From Octopus sinensis (Eukaryota), in NCBI RefSeq assembly GCF_006345805.1, contig NC_043007.1, positions 70,246,001 through 70,310,000 of the forward strand: a DNA stretch of 64,000 bases. The letters are read 5' to 3'. The stretch's first letter is position 1. Each line of letters opens with the position of its first letter. A model generated the notes under the pieces. The model was not told where the DNA came from. It saw nothing but the letters and a program-made list of their open reading frames with translations, and searched no databases. The position numbers and the translations under genes are program-made. Of this stretch, positions 1 through 15,169 are shown piece after piece.

Positions 1-187
1 AGTTGTGGTGTCCTGTACTCACGTATATATATTTATATATGCATGTATATATACATGTAGATGTAGGTACGTACATATATGTTTGTATGTATGCATATAT
101 TTTATTTATTACACTATTGTTTGACAGCGCCCTCGCGTCGGTTCGATTCGATTCGTTCGCTTCGTTCCGTTCTTATTCTCCCAGTAC

Positions 188-239
<52 letters not shown>

Positions 240-372
240 GGTTTGTATGATTGTGTATAGAGGGATATATATTATTCAAAGGAATTCCAACTGTTTTTTA
301 TGTTTTATTTATATTCTTTATAATATTAATGTAGACTATAGAATATATAGTATAAATAATATATATATAGGA

Positions 373-730
373 AATGAAATGCGTAACTGTATTTCGTCTG
401 CCGCTACGTTCTGAGTTCAAATTCCCTCGAGGTCGACTTTGCCTTTCATCCTTTCGGGGTCGATAAATTAAGTACCAGTTAAGCACTGGGGTCGATATAA
501 TGGACTTAATCCGTCTGTCTGTCCTCTCTGTGTGTAGCCTCTTGTGGGTAGTAAAGAAATAGATATTTCGTCTGTCTTTGTGTTCTGAGTCCAAATTCCG
601 CCGAAGTCGACTTTACCTTTCATCCTTTCGGCGTCGATAAATTAAGTACCAGTTGCGTAGTGGGTCGATCTAATCGACTGGCCCCCTCCCCACAAATTTC
701 GGGTCTTGTGCTTAAAGTAGAAAAGAATAT
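373..730 (+). mobile_element. SINE family 1 dimer (5' truncated)
   Basis: Two cores, two different tails. Confidence 0.88.
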
Positions 731-772
731 CAACAGAGTATTTTTGTATGTATGCGTGTACGTACGTATATC

Positions 773-819
<47 letters not shown>

Positions 820-1969
820 TGTTTATGTGGCAATACATCTTTCTAGTGTACAGAATAGCATATTGGTAATATTAATAAGATTAGTGAGAAGAAACGAAGC
901 CATTGTTCCTTAGATTATTTATATGTATAGATACAAATAAGATTCAACTTTTCCAAGAAATGAAATGGAACGGAATATAATATAATGAAGTTTTACGTCA
1001 TCACATGTTATTTACGTTTAGTGCTTAAAATACTTGTACCTACTAGCATTATAAATTTAGACATCTCCCTGCATTCTATGCACTTTTAGACATGCACGAT
1101 GGTGTGCATACATAGTGTGTTCGCAAATTTTACTGGAGTTCACTATATTTGGGATGTAAAGGCTGTGGGCAGATGTGGTGGTGAGTTTTTCAACAACAAC
1201 AATAACAACCACTATGCTAATGGTTACAGCAGGGATTGTTGTATCAACTCTTGTCAAAGATCCGCCACGATGCCTCAAATAGTACTGGTTTCTGAATATT
1301 TCAGTAGCAAATTGGATGAACCAATGTTATTTAATATATTTCAACATTTTACTTAAAGATTTCTATAACTTTTTCAAGCCTGTTTCACAATATATCTCTA
1401 ACTAAGCGGTAATTTTATTCAGCTGAATACACGTCATTGATTGGTTCAAATTACCGAAATACGGCAACTTTAACAAGAAATAACTTCCAAAATACAGAAG
1501 AGTGTTTCCTTGGCAGAATAAGTTAAACAATAGACTAGCTGTTTGAATGGTTTCGTTTCATCTGTATTCTGATTAATACTGGGGTGCCGATGTGGTTTCG
1601 ATTCAGCATAAAAGATCTTTATGCTTCGCGCCTCTGACACTTTGAAGAGAAAAAGATCGGACACCATAATTTGCCATTATCTCCACTCCAACCTTTGTGG
1701 CTATGTGCCCAACAAACATAAACCAATATGCTGAAGAGAACTGCAACTTGGAAGCTTAGTTTTTAAAACTGGCTGAAGGATCCACAGCTATTTTCCTAGA
1801 AAAAGAAAATTGATCCTTCAGACCGTCTTCATCATTGTATATGATAGAGGCATGGTATAAATAATGATAGTTTTATCAATATACAGTGTTGATTGGACAC
1901 CTTCCAAGCTGGACTACGAAGATTAACTTTGTGATAAACTGGCTGTTCTTACCAGTTAAGTAGTCGATT

Positions 1970-2591
1970 GGGATTTTACCTTTTGACCGACAGATTTTAA
2001 AAAATAATTTTTTGTAACTAAACACTTTCAGACTTCGTATACTGGTAGAATGTGTCACATAAAACATCTTTTACTCTTGGCGTTGTTGAGAAAATTCTGT
2101 ATTTTGAAAGTTATTTCTTGTTAAAATTGTCGTATTTCGGTAATTTCGACCAATCAATGATGTGTATTCAGCTGAATAAAATTACTGCTGTTGTTTGTCA
2201 ACAACAACTTCAAAAAAATGAAAAATGAAGCACGAATGATTATGGTGGTGCCATAAAGTAAACATGCTTCAGATACACTCGTTTATTCATACAAACGTAA
2301 CTGAGATGAAATATGTCATAAATAACAGTGACAAACGAAATATACACCGCCGGGAGTTGTTGTTGACAAACAACGGTAGTAATTTTATTCAGCTGAATAC
2401 ACGTCATTTATTGGTTAAAATTACCGAAATACGACAACTTTAACACGAAATAACTTTGAAAATAGAAACTTTTCTCAACAACACTAAGAGTAAAAGATGT
2501 TTTATATGACACATTCTGCCAGGTCCGAAGTTTGAAAGTGTTTAGTTACAAAGCATTAATTTCTCGATCTGCCGTTCAAAAGGTAAATCTC
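1970..2591. mobile_element. MITE/foldback element with ~240-bp inverted arms; related solo arms at ~1405-1500, 15602-15830, 43365-43626
   Basis: 1970-2210 and 2355-2591 are imperfect reverse complements (gggattttaccttttga.. / ..tcaaaaggtaaatctc); the same arm recurs elsewhere. Confidence 0.85.
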
Positions 2592-3779
2592 ATATTTTGA
2601 ATCAGCAGAATCAGCAGAATCTCATATTTTGAACAACGTTGTTAATCACAAATGTTTCTGATCTGTTTCTAATATGGTAGATTCTTTAAAATATATTGTA
2701 GCAGATACATAATGGTAAAGGACGTGACGACCAGAGATTTGATCTGAATAGTTTCAACAAAAGAGATTCTGCTAAAGACGGTGGGAAGTGAATAAAATCT
2801 AACAAAAGCAAAAATGGTTCCTCTGATAGTTTTCACTACATTCTTCTTGCCTACCAACTTTCACTCTCGAGGTTTTGGTCACCCGGAGCCTATGGTTGAA
2901 GATACTTGCTTAAGATGCATCATGATATTATGCCATCATTATATAACTGCCACTTCGGACAGATTGAAGGCTACTGAGATAAATCTTATCAACCATATTC
3001 AAGGATATGAAAAACAGTTTGCATAGGAAGACTGTCACAAAACATACGGTACGAGATGCAGTATTTCCTAACAACTCTTACGCTTCTGCCAGCTCACCCA
3101 CAGCTAATATCGCTAAATCCGCTGTTTTGTCGTTGTTCAACATTATATCAACCCTGGTCTGGTCCGCCTGTGATCAAGACATACTAGCCACGACCATTCT
3201 GTAATACTTTTTCGGACCACATTATTTGCAGTGTCCTTTAAGGTGGAGAGATTAGTTTCAGGGGGAAAAAGCAGATCGAAGGACCAAGTGGATCCCTTTA
3301 TCGGGAGCATCGTCGTCGTCGATGTTGTTTATCGAGTAGACCTATGATCAAAGACATTCTAATTGTGACTATCTTGTCTTCGAGAACTGCATTATCTAAT
3401 GCATCCATTCATTTGGTGGGGTAGGGGTAAGTAGGAAGAGTGTTTTTGAAGTGATTTGACTGCTATTTTTTGAAGATCGACTGACCACATAGGAGGGGGG
3501 CTTACTCTGACTAGAACTAGTTCTTATTGCTGCTGTTATTGTTGATGCCGTTGGTATCGTGGTGGTGGTGGTGGTGATGTTGGTGATGATGGTGGTGGTG
3601 GTTGTGGTGTATATGGGGCCGCTGTTGCTACTGTTAATGGTGTGGAGAGGGTGATGGTGGTGGGTGGGATGTTAGTCTCGAAACCCTTTTGCAATTCTAA
3701 ACATCCAGATTAGTTTCTCATTGCCTTCTCCTGTGCAACAAGATTTAAACTCAGCACTGTTGACTCGTGAAACCCTCGT

Positions 3780-4920
3780 CAGCGTTATGTACTTACTTCA
3801 GTAAACTAAACTACAATTCGGTTTGCAGCTACTCTGAACGAAATGAGTTCAGCTGTTGAAAACAAGAATATGCTGAATGCAGCATTGTTGATAAATGAGA
3901 TTATCAAGCGCACTTACATATCTCAACAGTAGCTATCACACTAACTTCTCATCTCAGAAGTGTTAGGCAACTACAAGCCATCTCGGCTTCAACATAAGAT
4001 ACATTGAATTCTAAGAGATAAAACTGTATAAGATGCCTTTAAAAAAGAACTTTTTTTTTTACAACTTCCTATAGGCACAGATCACTCCTGCATCGACAAT
4101 AGATGCTGTCTCCATCGAACTTGAGTTGGTGAGCAAGATAATAGATGTCTCTTTACCTCTGTCCTTAGTAGTACATGGAACAGCAGTACCATCATCTATT
4201 CCTACACCACCAACCACAGCAGTCGAAAGTGTTGACCATTCCTCATCGCTGAAGTTGCAAGCCTGATGCATCAGGCGTAAGTTCTCACAAATTGTCTTTA
4301 TCAAGAACGGCAAAGAACCCAAAGTAACCGGCCTAAATTTCGGTTTCCTTACATAAGCGGATCGCAGTATTGGTATCATTGAACGCTTATAAATACATCA
4401 ACCATTTTTGGCAATGTAACCATTGTTTTCACATAAGAAAGTCCGCAGCCAGCGACTAGATGCGACAAATCAACTTGGTCATAGTACAACTGGTTGCCTT
4501 TTTAATTTGACCGACAACATAACTGGTACGCGATATCTTCTTGACGCGGGAGCAAATGTGAACATCCTACCATTTGATCAACCATTTTCTATCATTTTTC
4601 TTTAGGCACTCAACAACTTTCCTCTGAGACTACGGAATATACTTCGATTGGTATTTATCGATACTGAGTTGTCTACACGAAGGAAACCATGAAGGATGAT
4701 TTCTTTTGCTGGAAGATCTCTTGGGAATAAACACCTTCAGCTTATTGACTTTACGACCAGTCCAAAAATATACGCCTTCCACCAGCCCTGTATTAATGAA
4801 GACTGCTTCATCAAGGTACAACATAGTTCTTTGTAAGTATCCAGACATTACATGTCCAATGTACAGCAACAGTGGAGTAATAAACACAGTTAATCGCCGT
4901 CCTGTAATCACTGATTACAT
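3780..4920 (+). mobile_element. Decayed Ty3/Gypsy gag-protease remnant
   Basis: EVLGNYKPSRL (cf. ELGDRKPSQLL in gag) and LFNLTDNITGTRYLLDAGANVNILP (cf. protease FLVDTGAEVSVIP), with many stops. Confidence 0.75.
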
Positions 4921-5011
4921 TAGAAACCAAAACATTTTGGAGAAGACAGGGTAGAAGTTGTTGACAAAGAGAAGGTCATTTTGGTTCATAATTGATTAGC
5001 TGTGTAAAAAG

Positions 5012-5126
<115 letters not shown>

Positions 5127-6175
5127 AGTGAGTGTTAGTACAAATAACAAAGCTTATACTAATCACGTCTTTTGCTGCAACCGTGCTGTAAAAGAAACTG
5201 ATTTCATCTAATGTCAAGTACGAGTTATTTGTGTCATTTGAATTGGGAGAAGCGGTTATAAAGATTCAATACAGTGGAAAATGTGAATGAACTATAGACG
5301 CCGCCATTGTATTTTACGCACAGACAAATATGACCTGAGGGAATATATTTTCTCTGTCATCACTGGTAATGGGAACTGCTGTTCTCAACATTTAGATCGG
5401 AAGTGATAACAACCAATATATGTGTTTATGTACCTGTACTGCCCACGTTCAGTAATAGAGCGAAAGAGGAATATTACAATCACTTCCAGATATATATGGC
5501 AAATGAGAGGACTATTTTTGAGTTCAACAAATAAAACTTGGGACAGAAACGCTCAGCTTGAATATTATAAGGCCATGAAACTGTGAATAACAAAGAAATG
5601 CTATATTATAAACATACAATATTTTAAACATACCAACGTTTTAAACAAAAGTCAAAGATAATGTCAAAATTTCGTCATAAAACAAAAGCTACCGCGCAAC
5701 TACAACAGTAGAATGGGAACTAATTTAATTATCAGGTATAAATAAATAAGACAACTAATCTTTACAACACACCATGGTACTAGATACCAAATATACTTTT
5801 GTTCGTATCGAAAAAATTTTCGTTGATATGTTGAGTTAGGCTTCTATGAGGTGCATCTTTAGTGTGTATTATACAGTTCTAACTTCGGTAGAACTCCCAA
5901 TAATTTAGTAAAATGTATAGACCGTTTGAGTTTACTTTTTAGAATTACGTTCTTGTGACGAGAAATATTTGTCATCATACGTATGTGAACGGCTATAAGT
6001 GTATGTATGTTAATACCTCTACGTCAGGGGTTAATGTCACTTCGTCAGGATAAATATGATGGTCTCAGAAAGAACACGCCGTCTCTGGAAGTATGAAGTA
6101 TACCAGCTTTTTTTGACGTTTGCTGAGAGGTAGCAGATTGCTAAATCCCCTCTCTGTCGGTCTGTTTCTCTCTCT

Positions 6176-6245
<70 letters not shown>

Positions 6246-7390
6246 GTCCTTCTCAAACCAGCGTCGTATTGGACTCAATATCACGTTTCTGTATTTTTGT
6301 TTTGTAATAATTGCTTTTTTCAGTTGATAGCTAGAAAGAGAATTAGCCAAATGAAGAGCTCTTATTCCAGATGACTTCTTCCAAGAGCTTTTAGTGTCCT
6401 TAAAAATAATATATATCTTGTCTCAACTTCCTCAGGCAAAATTAATTTGAAACAACTTTACTGAGGAACAACATTTTCGAAAGGCAACTCGGCTGAGGAG
6501 AAAAGTTAAAGACTCGTGTTTGACAAGGGCACTTGAACAAGGTTTTCGATAAGGTTTCTTGATGATACGACAAAGTAACAAGAAGAAGGGGAAAATGATA
6601 GATCGAGAAAATATTTTTTATAAGATTTCTAAAATATCTCTGGCTAAAGCACTTCACTTGTAGAAAGCAACATTAAGAAACAATTTTATTGAGAAATATA
6701 ATGTACTGGAGGATATGTGAAAATAGAATGTTTGCATCCAAGCAGCCTATGAACTCATTAAAACGAGGAATCCTTCAATCAATTTGGCGTTTGCTTACAT
6801 GTGCTTTAAAATCTCCCCCCAGACCAAGTTTAGAATTATATAGCTAGAGTTTAGTTTGAACCCTTGAATATTTAAAGCTGGAAGGAAATATACAGTAGAA
6901 GCGCTCATCAGGGATGTCTAGGAATAAGATGAAGTACAACATACTAGAAAATGAGGTGGCGCTTCAGCTAAAACTACTTCGCGTTATTCTTTCCACAAGT
7001 CTGCGATCATCATACAGAGTTTCTCTCCCAAATTCGTCATTATCAACCTCAATCTCGTCAACGTCAACTTGAAATTCGTCATCGTCAGTCACAAATTCGT
7101 TATCGTCAGTCTCAATTATGTTGTCTTCTATCTCGATTTCGCCAACTCCAATGTCACCCTTGTAGGATACAGCAATATTTTTTTTTAATAAACAACAACT
7201 GACGTTAGTGATTACTTGGCGCAGAACTGTATAAGAATGTAAACTTTAAAACATTTTGTATTATATTGTCGCAATGTACGCAAAACTATACATATATATA
7301 TATATATATTAACAAAATCGAAGGCACATACACAAAGTATGTGTGTTCTTAGTTCGACGGTCGGTTGCGGTTTTTTAGGCGTAAGAGAAT

Positions 7391-7660
<270 letters not shown>

Positions 7661-8047
7661 ACTATAAAGAGAGGAGGTATCAGATGAAAAAATTTATTTC
7701 ACCAATTGACATCCATACAACTATGATCGTTTCGCAGACTTCATCATATAAGAACAATTGATTTTAGTGTGCATGTGTGTGTGTTTGTGTGTGCTTATGT
7801 ATATACATATATACATGTATGCGTATGTGTGTTTGTGTGTGTATACAACATCACATAGACAAAAATAAATAATATTAATTTAATCTTTTACTCATTATTT
7901 CTTTTTTCGAACACTGCGCTGATAACTGTTTATGAGCATGCGTGGTGCATGCGTTTGAATTTGCTTACTTGATCTGTATCTTTCTATAAATATCAACCAA
8001 TCTTTTAACTATGTATTTATCAGTCTAGTCTATTCTATTTCTCTATC

Positions 8048-8147
8048 NNNNNNNNNNNNNNNNNNNNNNNNNNNNNNNNNNNNNNNNNNNNNNNNNNNNN
8101 NNNNNNNNNNNNNNNNNNNNNNNNNNNNNNNNNNNNNNNNNNNNNNN
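8048..8147. other. Assembly gap (100 N)
   Basis: Run of n. Confidence 1.
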
Positions 8148-9456
8148 AAAATAAATTTGCAATAACGACTATAAATAAAAATAATCTATTTCTCCATGAA
8201 TAAATGTTACACTTGTAAGCAAGACACTGAAAAAATCCTTCTTTTATTCACTGATATTTTTTGTGGGGAACAGAATCAGAAAGAAATCTAGAAGAAAAAA
8301 AGGAGTGCAAACAGATGATTGAGAAAAGGTCTTGGAGACGCTCCGTTGAACATCTGCGATGAAAAATCAATTCGTCTAATAATAGTATAGAATATTATTG
8401 ACCAAAATATTTTAGAAAACATCAAATAAATGATTAAGTTTGTTTGTAAGCTAGGAATAAATTTTATCGAAACTCCTCGAACCATGATAAATTTAGCGTC
8501 ATACGAATTGATTGTTGCTGGGAAATAAATCATTAAATAACGAATTCATCTTATAGCTCAAGACGAAATCACTTAATCTTCGCAGTTGAATAGAACTTTT
8601 AATCTAAAATATTGATGCATCCAATATATCTATGATAGTGAGATATATATATTTGTCAATAATTTATAGTCGGTCATAAAAGAAATGCGAAACCCTGGAT
8701 ATGCCTTACGTCTTCCTGATAAAAATGGCCACCAGCTATTTTTAATATGCAATTAAATCATTCCTTTTACTCGAGTCTAATCAGCTAATCTTGTACATAT
8801 TCGCACTTTCCTTGTTTATTCATCAAAGAAATATTTTCAATAGTTTCACAAATGGTTTAGTCCTATTTTGAATAATAACTTCATTATACGTGGTGAATAT
8901 AGAGACATAATAGAATGGCCTTTCAACAAACATGGCTGCAGATTTACGCTTCTGTAGACAGCAACTGGAAAAAATTAACCAGGAATAAACAATTTTTTTT
9001 TTTCAGACATATGATGTTTTTGTTTTTCTTTTATTTTCCATGCGGTTATTGAGATGATTCTTCATCAAGAATCTTTTGAAATTCTATGAGAATGATCACA
9101 GCTATTTTGCTCAAGGCAACTCTTTCTCTGTAGCTTAATCTATTTATTTCTGCGTAACGTATTCAAGGTGGAAAAGACATGTAGACTATACAGACGAGCC
9201 GATAATCTAACACCATTCTTTAATATGGATATAGATTAAAGAAAGTATAATAAAATTAATTGTACAGATGTCCACACAATCAGCAATGATTAAAAGGTAC
9301 TCAATACAAGACGGAGACGTAAATCCAATAACGAATGAAGAGGAACAAATTCGGGAATACTATTGTCTACTGCAGTCTCTTCTAGAAATAGGACTGAAAT
9401 ATATTTGGTAGAATATTGACGCGTCTGTGTGCGTGCGTGCGTGCGTGTGTGAGTGT

Positions 9457-9490
<34 letters not shown>

Positions 9491-9510
9491 TGTGTGTGTG
9501 TGAGTGTGTG

Positions 9511-9576
<66 letters not shown>

Positions 9577-9901
9577 TGTGCGTGTTTAGATTGCCATAGC
9601 TACAAAACCTACTCCTGTTTGAAGATAAACGTGGAAGTGTCGAAGCTAGGGAATCTACATTTTTGACAACGGTCTTATTTATCAAAACAAATTCTGCCTC
9701 AAATTTTAAAGTTATTTAGGGGTAAAAGGTCAATGAGTGCAAAATTAGTCAGCTTGGTATCGGTATTGGTTATGCATTCTTAATTGTATTTAAGTAGAAC
9801 TCTTGGAGCTACATACACATGTTGCAAGTTCTTCTCAATACAGTCACTAAAGCTATCATAATATTTGGAATCCTTCTTTATCTTAATATATGGAACCCTT
9901 A

Positions 9902-10090
9902 AAGCAGTGAGCTGGCAGAATCGTTAGCACGCCAGACAAAATACTTAGCGGCATTTCGTCTCTCTTTAGGTTCTGAGTTCAAGTTCCGCTGGGGTCGACT
10001 TTGACATCATTTTTTCGGGGTCGATAAAATAATTATCGACTTAGCTCCTCCTCTGAAATTGCTGGCTTTGTGCCAAAATTTGAAACCAAT
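9902..10090 (+). mobile_element. SINE family 1 monomer (diverged)
   Basis: Head, B box and core present; gtgccaaaatttgaaacca tail. Confidence 0.8.
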
Positions 10091-10199
10091 ATTTTGGAAC
10101 CCTTTTGTATATTCAGCAAGTATCTCAACACAACAAGCGTTTCACTCCTTAGCATGTATACTTCGGCTGAGAACTGAAATAGCTTTCGCCAATAGAAGG

Positions 10200-11100
10200 G
10201 TCTCCTCTGTAGTCTCTTGTCAACCACAGGTAACATATCTTGTCTCAGCATCTGGCACGACTATCTCTAGTGGTTTTTGGTTCCATACTAGTCTAGTTAG
10301 TCTTTTACAAGAATGACTTGCTAGTATACTTGAGAAACTGTGGTAACCAATTTCAATGGGGAATGAGGCTACATGCCACCCCTTTTGACAAAAAAACTCA
10401 CCAATCAAGTCCTGGTAATTTGTTTTCTTCAACCGGTGAGAAATATGAAGCTGTTCTCGCAGAACATTGTGAGTTCAGCCCCTACGGTCAGTTTTGTGAC
10501 TCTGGAGAGAAGAAGCATATCTGGCGGAGCAGTACTACTGACCCCTCAGATTTAACGGATTTCCCACAACTGCACTTTTTCTTTGGAGCCTTATCATGTT
10601 CCCTTAGGCATCTGATACCTAAGTAGGCAGTGGGGCTACTGTTTCTTAACCATAACTCTGCAAGTCCGTCCATTTAGCAAATTCTGTAAGGACCTTCTCG
10701 TATCCCCACTTGTATCGGTCTTCTATAAGGCATCCCAGTCAAAATAGAGTTCAGGGCGGAAAGTGTTTCCCCACACTGTTTGCAGGATGAATCAACTTCT
10801 CTGCCTCAAATTTTAAAGTTATTTAGGGGTAAAAGGTCAACGACAGCGCACGGGATGAAGAACAAATTTTCTGAGTTAGGACTCCAAAGTTTCCATTAAG
10901 ACAGAAGTTGTTCGAGCATTTGGTCCCACCGTGCCTTCTGTCCTTAGCAGGTAAGCTGTACTGCTTCTACACAGCAATCGTCCTCTGTTGCTTCTCAGAC
11001 TCTCTGTACCATGAGCCTTCTCTTGCTTCTGACATTGGAATTGCTCCACTTCTTGGTGCTGGAGTTGCTAAGTCCTAACCGTCCTTGACAGACTAATCCA
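10200..11100 (-). mobile_element. Decayed non-LTR retrotransposon with restriction-like endonuclease (HERO-like)
   Basis: VDLLPLNNFKI*GREVDSSCKQCG zinc-knuckle region, PDMLLFS..AELT, KKTNYQDLIGE..KGWHVASFPIEIGY (cf. KY.DL..GW..FPVEVGCRGF). Confidence 0.75.
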
Positions 11101-11208
11101 ACAATCTTTCTTTCGGGGGTTTCCACTTTCTGTCAGGCTTTTTAGTCTTGTTAGCATGTCTGACTTTTTCATGTGTATGTATCAGTTCACATGTATCTGA
11201 CATGTATG

Positions 11209-11259
<51 letters not shown>

Positions 11260-12804
11260 CAATTGTATTTTATATTTACTACCATACTGGTTTTCTTTAA
11301 ATGAGTTCTTTGAGTTTAACAAGAAGCTTATCTTCACGTCCAATTTTTATACTCTCTTAGTATTTTTGTAAAATTTGATTACTTGCTGTGTATTCTTCAT
11401 ATTCCATGCCAACTTCCACAGCAAAACTATACACAGATTTCTCTCTTTTTATAATAAAATTCATTCTTACATTCAGGTACTGATATTTACTTTATGAAAT
11501 GTAATGTCGATCTTCGCAGATCCTGATTTCAGATCATAAAGAGACGTAACCAACACTGTATGGCTTTGGCCAGTCCAACGACCTAACAACTTCTGCCATA
11601 AATTTTTGTCAACTAATAACTTGAGATTATATCTCTGCTAAATTAAATGTTTCGACACTATGCATTACACACCGGAATGAATTGGTTTTACTGTGAAGGT
11701 GTAATAAAACCGAAGCATATCTGTTGCTATAACTATTCGTCTTTAAAAGTAAGATCTTTTTAATCCGAACTATTTTTATTTTCCAGAAATTTCATTTAAC
11801 TGATATTATTCGAGTTATGTTCCCTGCTTGTTTTTAGATTTTAAATACCACAAAGAGTAAGATTTTTGTCTACTGGGTGCGTGAATAATCTTAGTGAACC
11901 AAACTGTCTTACTGTTAGAATTTTGAAAAGTTCTCTTCAAGAAGTAAAACGAGTGTTTCTTAATCTTGCTTATTGTCGAGACATTTTCTTCTAGAAAAGA
12001 GAATCCTATTAACAAAGTGCAAGGAGTATATATTAACTTTTAGTAATCATAAATGCGTCTTCGGCCGCCTATTGTTTGCCATTAAACTTGGTGCAACACT
12101 ACTGTTCCTGCTGGACATCGGTTAAGCAAATTGATTGTCGATATAAAGCTAAATATCAGGCGATGGTGGAAGCTACATATTATTATTATTAATGTTTCAC
12201 TAAACGACATACATTCCACCTCCTCACAAATATTGATCTTCATTTTCACTAACGTCAGTAAATTTTTTATTTTTTCTTTGCTATGTCGTATAATTTAATA
12301 TTTTTACTATCAGACGCCATTTTTTAAACATATTTCCAGGGAGTCAATTGTTTGCCGGATTATGAATTTCAATTGTTGCATTAATACAAATTCTATAAAA
12401 AAAAATTCCATAAAACCAACTTCGGTATCCGTATTATAATGAATACAGATGTGCGAATTCTTAAGAATCATGAAAAATGATTTTCATTCAAAATGTCTTT
12501 ACTTCTATTGATCGATTTATCAGTAAATAAGAGTCATTTGAATTCTTAGGACCAACCATCATTCCAGTTTCCAGTTGTTTTCTCGCATCTTTGGCTTTCT
12601 GTGCCTCTTCTATTAACTTATTGAAGTTCTGCATTCATGAATAAATAAATTTGAAATAAAAATTATATTTATATATTTACAAAGAATATTATTTCTGTTG
12701 CAGTTTGATGGTAGTTTTATTAGTTTTTGTATGTACAATGCTTTCCAACTTTGTTTGAATATATTGTAATCACGCACATACAATACTACACACTTAAACA
12801 TGCA

Positions 12805-12926
12805 TACATGTATGTATGTATGTATGTATGTATGTATGTATGTATGTATGTATGTATGTATGTATGTATGTATGCATATATGCACGTATGTATGTATGTA
12901 TATAAGAATGTATGTATGTAGGTATG

Positions 12927-12960
<34 letters not shown>

Positions 12961-13613
12961 TGTATGTATGAATTTATGTATGTATGTATGTATGAGTTTA
13001 TGTATGTATGTATGTATGTATTATGTATGTATGAATGTATGTATGTATGTATGTAAGTATGTATGTATGTATGCATATATGTACGTATGTATGTATGCAT
13101 ATAAGTATGTATGTATGTATATATGTAAGTATGTATGTATGTATGTATGCATGTATGTAAGTATGTATGTATGTATTATGTATGTATGTATGTATGTATG
13201 TATGTATGTACGTAAGTATGTATGTATGTATGTATGAGTTTATGTATGTATGTATGTATGTATTATGTATGTATGAATGTATGTATGTATATATGTATAT
13301 ATGTAAGTATGTATGTATGCATATATGTACGTATGTATGTATGTATTATGTATGTATGAATGTATGTATGTATATATGTATATATGTAAGTATGTATGTA
13401 TGCATATATGTACGTATGTATGTATGTATATAAGTATGTATGTATGTATATATGTAAGTATGTAAGTATGTATGTATGTATGTATGTATGCATGTATGTA
13501 AGTATGTATGTATGTATGTATTATGTATGTATGTATGTATGTATGTATGCATATATGTACGTATGTATGTATGTATATAAGTATGTATGTATGTATATAT
13601 GTAAGTATGTATG

Positions 13614-13644
<31 letters not shown>

Positions 13645-13805
13645 GTATGTATGTATGTATGTATGTACTATGTATGTATGTATGTATGTATGTATGTATG
13701 TATGCATGTATGCATATATGTATGTATGTATGTATGTACGTATGTATGTGTGTGTATATGTATGTATATATGTATGTATGTTTGTATGTATGCATATATG
13801 TATGC

Positions 13806-13838
<33 letters not shown>

Positions 13839-13896
13839 TGTATGTATGTATGTATGTATGTATGTATGTATGTATGTATGTATGTATGTACGTATG
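12805..13896. repeat. ~1.1-kb degenerate (TATG)n array
   Basis: Direct reading; recurrent variant words (taag, catatatgtacg, tattatg, tgaa). Confidence 0.98.
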
Positions 13897-14291
13897 CTTG
13901 TTGTCTGTTGGTGCGTATTTCTAATATTTTGAATATAAATATAGCAATAAAAAGAGATATGTAAATATTGATGTTGGTAGATATTTATATATTTTTCTCT
14001 ATGCATGTGTGATAGATTTAAGTAAATATTCATACGGGCAACATTTATACGTGCCATTCTTAAAAGTACGAAAACCAATAAGTATCTAAGTTAAACATGT
14101 TACCCAATTTATCTCTGTTCTCTGCTGATAGCGTTTAAATGTTTCGAAGTGAACGTGTATTTGTGTATGGAATGAATAACTAGATGCGTTTGTCTGCGTA
14201 TTCATGCGTTTTGAAATTCTTTTATATATATATATATCTATATATATATATATATATCTATATATATATATATATGGAGAGAGAGAGATAT

Positions 14292-14546
14292 ATCATCATC
14301 ATCATCATTGTTCGACCGTCGTCGAGACAATGGAATTTACTATGTTACGCCAGACTTCACGGTCCATCATAGCATTACGGAGGTCCTGTTGCTGGATGCC
14401 TGTATCCCTGGAGATTACATCAGGGTAGGAGAGTGTGCGCCCTCTGGTATTGCGAGTAGATGGCTTCCAGAGGAGAAGAGGAGAAATTACTTCTTTTTCA
14501 GCTCTACAACAATGTCCAGCAAACTGGACTCTCCTACCTTTCACAA
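14292..14546 (-). mobile_element. RTE/RTEX-type LINE 3' end with (GAT)n tail
   Basis: RRVQFAGHCCRAEKEVISPLLLWKP...RGR...AMMDREVWR then stop and tail. Confidence 0.82.
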
Positions 14547-14580
14547 GAGAGATATATAAATATATATATATATGTATATG

Positions 14581-14612
<32 letters not shown>

Positions 14613-14862
14613 TGTATGTATGTATGTATGTATAAATACGTACACACGAGGATACTTACAGAATAGGAACTAAATAGTGAGTGAGTGAGTTCGACATTTA
14701 TGCAATTACTTGTATTCTGAGACAAGTTATGTAGCTTTTATGAGGTGGGTAAAAGTTGTGTGTGTGCGTATGTGTGCAAGTGTTTTATATTTTTTAACAT
14801 ATTCTTAAAATTTGATTTTGTCTACTTAGAAATATTTCATGAACATTAAGATTTGAATTTAA

Positions 14863-14984
<122 letters not shown>

Positions 14985-15169
14985 ATATATATATATGATA
15001 CATTGATACATATATGATAATATATGATACATATTTAATACGATATCACATTAAAATACAAATCCAAAACCGAAGAAAACACAAAACATGAACGAAGAAA
15101 GAAAAAAAAGAAGAAAAAGAGGAACAAGAAGAAGTAATAAGAAACATCAATTCAACTCAATGCACATCA

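Noticed and set aside
8048-8147. Any structure spanning the N run
   Set aside because: A round 100-N gap is probably a placeholder, so distance and contiguity across it are uncertain.
12613-14078. Many overlapping ORFs (MYVC/HTYI repeats)
   Set aside because: Translations of (TATG)n; no coding signal.
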